From the NCBI RefSeq assembly GCF_017348835.2, contig NZ_CP071375.1: DNA of 64,000 bases; one strand, written 5' to 3'. How positions within the stretch are numbered: position 1 is the stretch's first letter; each line of letters starts with the position of its first letter. The notes beneath the pieces were generated by a model that saw only the letters and a list, made by a program, of their open reading frames with translations, made no database searches and was not told the origin of the DNA. Shown here piece after piece: positions 60,331 to 64,000 of this stretch. The position numbers and the translations under genes were made by a program. Source of the stretch: Escherichia coli (GTDB lineage Bacteria > Pseudomonadota > Gammaproteobacteria > Enterobacterales > Enterobacteriaceae).

Positions 60331-61146
60331 TTATTTTGCTATTTGTTTTTTATTCTTCGATTTGAGTTGCGTTATCCTTAATACTCCTCCCTCATGTCTC
60401 TGTAACCAACGTTCTGGCGTACGTTCTCCATAATTTGCTTTATTTATTCCAAATCTAACAAATTGACCTCGAACATCATCAGAAATATCATACGTCTTCG
60501 CTTCTAAGGCGGTCATGCCCGCCAGATAAGATTGCCACCGTATATTATCAACCAGGACGCTACTACCCCTGCTTGCCTGCTGTATATCACCAACTCCCAT
60601 CGTGGCAGAGCCTTTGTTTGAATGGTGTAGAAATATAATCGAACACCCTGTATCAGCAGCAATACCTTCTAGCTTTCCAATGACTTTGGACATTGCTCCG
60701 CTATTATTTTCATCTTCCTGGTGGAAACGGCGAAGAGTATCCAAAATTATTAACCGTCTACTTTTTGAAATCTCATTAATCAAGTTGCTCCAACCTGGCG
60801 AGAAAATATTTGGACACTTCCCTACCAAAGGTTCGACAAGTAGCTTATCAGCAACAATCTGCTGCTGACGTGCTGTTAGATATTTTCCCAAAGCATATAG
60901 ACGATGGTGAATGATGGTTGCAGAGTCCTCCACAGGTAAATATGCCACTAACCCCGTTGGATATTCACCAAAGTTTAAAAGATCTACACCACAAGTAATC
61001 TGCACAGCCAGTTGCAATGCCAGCATTGACTTTCCAACGCCTCCCGGAGAAACAATCGCTCCGATAGTACCAATAGCCAAATTAGGCAAGACGTAATCAA
61101 TTGGTTGCGGCTTAGCTTCAAATGCTTCCATTATGTTCAATGACAT
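60331..61146 (-). CDS. RecA-fold AAA_25 ATPase, RSF1010 RepA-like replicative helicase
   Basis: 271-aa ORF with Walker A (SPGGVGKSMLALQLA) and Walker B-like (RLIILDTL) motifs; size and motif layout as in IncQ RepA. Confidence 0.6.
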   Translation of the reverse strand: MSLNIMEAFEAKPQPIDYVLPNLAIGTIGAIVSPGGVGKSMLALQLAVQITCGVDLLNFGEYPTGLVAYLPVEDSATIIHHRLYALGKYLTARQQQIVADKLLVEPLVGKCPNIFSPGWSNLINEISKSRRLIILDTLRRFHQEDENNSGAMSKVIGKLEGIAADTGCSIIFLHHSNKGSATMGVGDIQQASRGSSVLVDNIRWQSYLAGMTALEAKTYDISDDVRGQFVRFGINKANYGERTPERWLQRHEGGVLRITQLKSKNKKQIAK

Positions 61147-61151
61147 TGCTG

Positions 61152-61403
61152 TTACCTACCTAAAACAATACCGGGTCTGGCTGCTTTAAACATTGCTGAT
61201 TTACGATCCGCAATCCACTGTTCCACTTCGGATAACTGCCATGCAACATTTCGGCTCGTAAGTGCTATACGGCGAGGAAACTCGCCTCGCTGTTCAAGGT
61301 TATAAATAGTGCGGGCTGACAATGGGATCATTTCCAGAAGTGTTTTTCTGTTAATGAGCGTGCTATGTGCCTTTGTTTGCATCTGCCTTCCTCCTGTTTC
61401 CAA
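61152..61403 (-). CDS. alpA: AlpA-family prophage/island transcriptional regulator (excisionase-like)
   Basis: 83-aa ORF with the AlpA HTH signature (LSARTIYNLEQRGEFPRRIALTSRNVAWQLSEVEQWI). Confidence 0.7.
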   Translation of the reverse strand: METGGRQMQTKAHSTLINRKTLLEMIPLSARTIYNLEQRGEFPRRIALTSRNVAWQLSEVEQWIADRKSAMFKAARPGIVLGR

Positions 61404-61459
61404 TCAGGCCTATACAATGCCAAGCATTACCACTTGCTAAAACCTATTCATTGGCTAAA

Positions 61460-62431
61460 ATGGTTGACATGAAAATTACTATCTGGGAAGGCTGTGACCT
61501 CACAGTTGCAGCTGCAATTAAATTATTTGTAGAGCGTAGTTCTCCGTACTCCATATTTTCACGGAGGTATCCAATACTGCGTCTCATACAGGAAGTTATT
61601 GATCCAGCAGTAGCTGATTATGTAAATTCCCTGCCACCAAGTCATAAAGACTACATTTCTGGAGTAAATCTAGGATTTAGTGAAGTACTTAAAAAATTGG
61701 GTTTAAACGTCGTAGTACAGGCACAAAGACTTCTTTTGCGTAATTTCGTTCTGACTTTAGATCAACAAACTTCTCTTGATAAATGCTTTACCGCTACGAT
61801 TGAGTCTCTTATTGAATTAGTCAGTGAATGCGCATCCAAGCGGCCGAAGAAATCCTCTCCTGCAAAAGGAGTAACTATAAATTCACAGCGTAAGCTCGGT
61901 TATTGCGAGTTCTGCGGTAATCTAACCGAATTTTCCAAGTTGATCAGTGAGATATCAGAATTTGTTGCTAACGATAATGAGTTCCCCGTTCATGAAAAAC
62001 AGGTCCTTAGTCATCGATATTGTTCTGACCATAGGCCCAAACTCACCAATGGTCTATGGAATCCCAAATACAGACAAGGAAAGCGGTCTCTCGAACAGTT
62101 CAATAAAGAATTAATAAGGCTTAGACGGCAATGCGCTAAACCTCATAAAGCTAACGCAAACACAGGGGATATATTGATTGATACATATTTTCATGAGTGG
62201 ATGCAGGGTCAAACTTTAACCCCAGCAGATCTAGATAAACTTAGGAATATCGCCAGACGAATGGTTGACTCCAAATTCACTGATACTAAGAAAAAAATAA
62301 TCATATTAAAACACCAAGGTTTTAACCAGTTTGAAACCGCACAGGTTTTAGAAAAAAATCACTACACAACTATGACAAAGCAGGCTGTGTCCAAGGCCTT
62401 AGCGTCTGTGAGGAAAGAATTTTATATTTAA
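61460..62431 (+). CDS. Hypothetical protein with Cys/His cluster and C-terminal helix-turn-helix
   Basis: ORF track starts at 61367, overlapping alpA; a more plausible start is the ATG at 61460 (MVDMKITIW). Contains CEFCGN ... HRYCSDH and a C-terminal HTH-like segment; no family recognised. Confidence 0.45.
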   Translation: MVDMKITIWEGCDLTVAAAIKLFVERSSPYSIFSRRYPILRLIQEVIDPAVADYVNSLPPSHKDYISGVNLGFSEVLKKLGLNVVVQAQRLLLRNFVLTLDQQTSLDKCFTATIESLIELVSECASKRPKKSSPAKGVTINSQRKLGYCEFCGNLTEFSKLISEISEFVANDNEFPVHEKQVLSHRYCSDHRPKLTNGLWNPKYRQGKRSLEQFNKELIRLRRQCAKPHKANANTGDILIDTYFHEWMQGQTLTPADLDKLRNIARRMVDSKFTDTKKKIIILKHQGFNQFETAQVLEKNHYTTMTKQAVSKALASVRKEFYI

Positions 62432-62856
62432 AATAGTATATCCACGAGCTATTATGGTGGCAGTTTAAGTCTTAATACCATCCACTTTATTGAATTATAA
62501 CCAGCCACTTACGAAGGTTTTTCGCGATTACCCTGCTTCAAATTGATGATTTTGAAAATACAGTATTATAGTTTATTGTTTGTAGCGCAGCTGTAAGCGT
62601 TATGCAAAATGGATCACAGTGATACGACCTCACCAGTAAATCACTGAAGCCGATCTGTAATGACATAGAACGAATTGGTTTTATGGTTATGCAATGGCTC
62701 ATCCCCTTACTTGTCCCTGACCATAAAAAGCATTCGCTTTCCTGAAAGCAAGTCTAAGCCAAGGGGCGTTTACAGTTGTCTTATCTTGACTCATTAGGTA
62801 CTGGCTTAATGATTAGAATCATGTCGGTGGCATTTAGGTCCAAATATGCCCAAAAT

Positions 62857-62869
62857 TTTAGCAGCTAAA
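62857..62869. promoter_or_regulatory. KorB-operator-like palindrome (copy 3, central A variant)
   Basis: aTTTTAGCAGCTAAAATt; same arms with a central A instead of G/C. Confidence 0.5.
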
Positions 62870-62900
62870 ATTCGTCTTCTCATGTAGGGTCAAGAAGCTT

Positions 62901-63098
62901 ATGACTAAACCTATTGATTATGTGAATTACCTTGTGAGTAATACTCGTAGGATGGAATCTTCCAAAACTCTGACAATTCACTCTGAATGCATGGTAACAA
63001 AGAACAGTTTAAACCATGGTCTGTTCAGCGTTAAATTTCTCAAGATAGACTTCCATTTCGCGAGTCCACCTAGGGGTAGGTACCGAGGTGATCATTAG
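62901..63098 (+). CDS. Small hypothetical ORF (65 aa), doubtful
   Basis: Begins about 30 bp after KorB-like copy 3 but overlaps the 3' end of the convergent 209-aa ORF; weak ribosome-binding site. Confidence 0.2.
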   Translation: MTKPIDYVNYLVSNTRRMESSKTLTIHSECMVTKNSLNHGLFSVKFLKIDFHFASPPRGRYRGDH

Positions 63099-63638
63099 CC
63101 AAGGAAACCACCATACAAGCATGAAGAGTAACATAAGCGGTGCGATCATTTCGGCCGAAGAATGAGAAACTATATACATAATGAATAATATTAGTAGAAC
63201 TGTGTTTACAATCTGACCTACCAGAAAAAGACGCCAGCGAAAACAATGCCATTTCCTGTTGAACACAATCCGTCCATCCCGTTCTTCGAGCCAGTTACGC
63301 CACGGCTTGAGATAACCAGCCCGCAACCCATAACGATCACACATTATTACAGCCAAATCCTGCAGCCGATAATTATACAAGCCTGTGAGCCGATAAAGGC
63401 TGCGCTGACGAAGCTCACGCTTTGCCAGACGGACCGCATTTTTATTCAAATATGGCTGTGTCAGCATTTGCTCTAGCCGGCGCTTCCTAAGATTGAGTAG
63501 TCCACGAAATACACTTCCAGATTCAGCATTAATTACTCTGTGACGAACTACACCGAGTGCAATATAGATACACAGCAATAGCCAGCCGGTCTTAGGGTAT
63601 TGATTCATCCATTGTATAATTACAGACAACTCAGGCAC
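63009..63638 (-). CDS. Hypothetical membrane protein (209 aa)
   Basis: Two to three predicted TM helices separated by an Arg-rich loop; KorB-like copy 4 lies about 55 bp upstream of its start; no family recognised. Confidence 0.5.
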   Translation of the reverse strand: MPELSVIIQWMNQYPKTGWLLLCIYIALGVVRHRVINAESGSVFRGLLNLRKRRLEQMLTQPYLNKNAVRLAKRELRQRSLYRLTGLYNYRLQDLAVIMCDRYGLRAGYLKPWRNWLEERDGRIVFNRKWHCFRWRLFLVGQIVNTVLLILFIMYIVSHSSAEMIAPLMLLFMLVWWFPWLMITSVPTPRWTREMEVYLEKFNAEQTMV

Positions 63639-63692
63639 TTTTATTTTTCCTTTTTATGCAATCCAGATAAAACCAGTAAAGATTCAGTAAAT

Positions 63693-63705
63693 TTTAGCGG
63701 CTAAA
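63693..63705. promoter_or_regulatory. KorB-operator-like palindrome (copy 4)
   Basis: aTTTTAGCGGCTAAAATt, between the 209-aa membrane protein gene and the integrase gene. Confidence 0.6.
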
Positions 63706-63761
63706 ATTGCTCTCCTGGCGTAGAAAAAAGAAGCACACCAACTTAACTTACTGATTATTAA

Positions 63762-64000
63762 CTACTTACTAGTCCATTCATCAATCATATTCGCCCAATC
63801 TTGTAGCATCTCAGCCCTCTGCTCACGATATTCTGCCTTGTTATAAACAGCTCGTACCCCTTTTTGTTCATGGGCAAGGCTCTTCTCAATCCAGTCAGTA
63901 TTGTACCCGGCCTCATGTAGCAAGGTGCTGGCTGTACGCCGTAAGTCATGGGGACCAAACTTAGGCAACAACTCCCCTTCTTTCTGAGCCAGGCGATACG
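63762..64000 (-). CDS. int: Tyrosine recombinase (P4-type integrase), C-terminal part; the gene continues past the window end
   Basis: Frame open to the window edge; C-terminal sequence ...GPHDLRRTASTLLHEAGYNTDWIEKSLAHEQKGVRAVYNKAEYREQRAEML contains the catalytic H-x-x-R and Tyr region of phage-type integrases. Confidence 0.75.
   Translation of the reverse strand, partial: YRLAQKEGELLPKFGPHDLRRTASTLLHEAGYNTDWIEKSLAHEQKGVRAVYNKAEYREQRAEMLQDWANMIDEWTSK

Noticed and set aside
61367-61459. Upstream start of the 354-aa ORF overlapping alpA
   Set aside because: The first 31 residues are hydrophobic and low-complexity and overlap the divergent alpA coding region; the ATG at 61460 is the more plausible start.

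Overview
Most of this window (1 to about 54,500) is ordinary Escherichia coli K-12-like chromosome backbone, colinear with the eutP-maeB-talA-tktB ... hyfABCDEFGHIJR-focB ... purMN-ppk-ppx-yfgF-yfgG region; gene names are recognised from the translated ORFs and recalled K-12 gene order, not from a search. After yfgG the K-12 order stops: an IS3-family (IS629-like) element at 54,548-55,857 is followed by AT-rich foreign DNA that runs past the window end. That foreign block looks like an integrative mobilizable element: a P4-type tyrosine integrase fragment at the edge, an AlpA-family regulator, an RSF1010 RepA-like helicase with a putative initiator and three 21-bp-spaced repeats, a MobC-like protein beside a candidate oriT, and an orphan trbJ-trbK-trbL module. 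Four copies of the IncP-1 KorB operator palindrome TTTAGC(G/A)GCTAAA lie within the island, yet no ParB/KorB gene is visible here. My working hypothesis is a helper-dependent island that parasitises IncP-1 conjugative plasmids, by analogy with SGI1 and IncC plasmids; this is inference. Separately, hyfR carries a 1-bp frameshift that puts its C-terminal DNA-binding helix-turn-helix out of frame. No rRNA, tRNA or CRISPR array was recognised. I could not run any searches; all homology calls are from reading the translations and should be verified.
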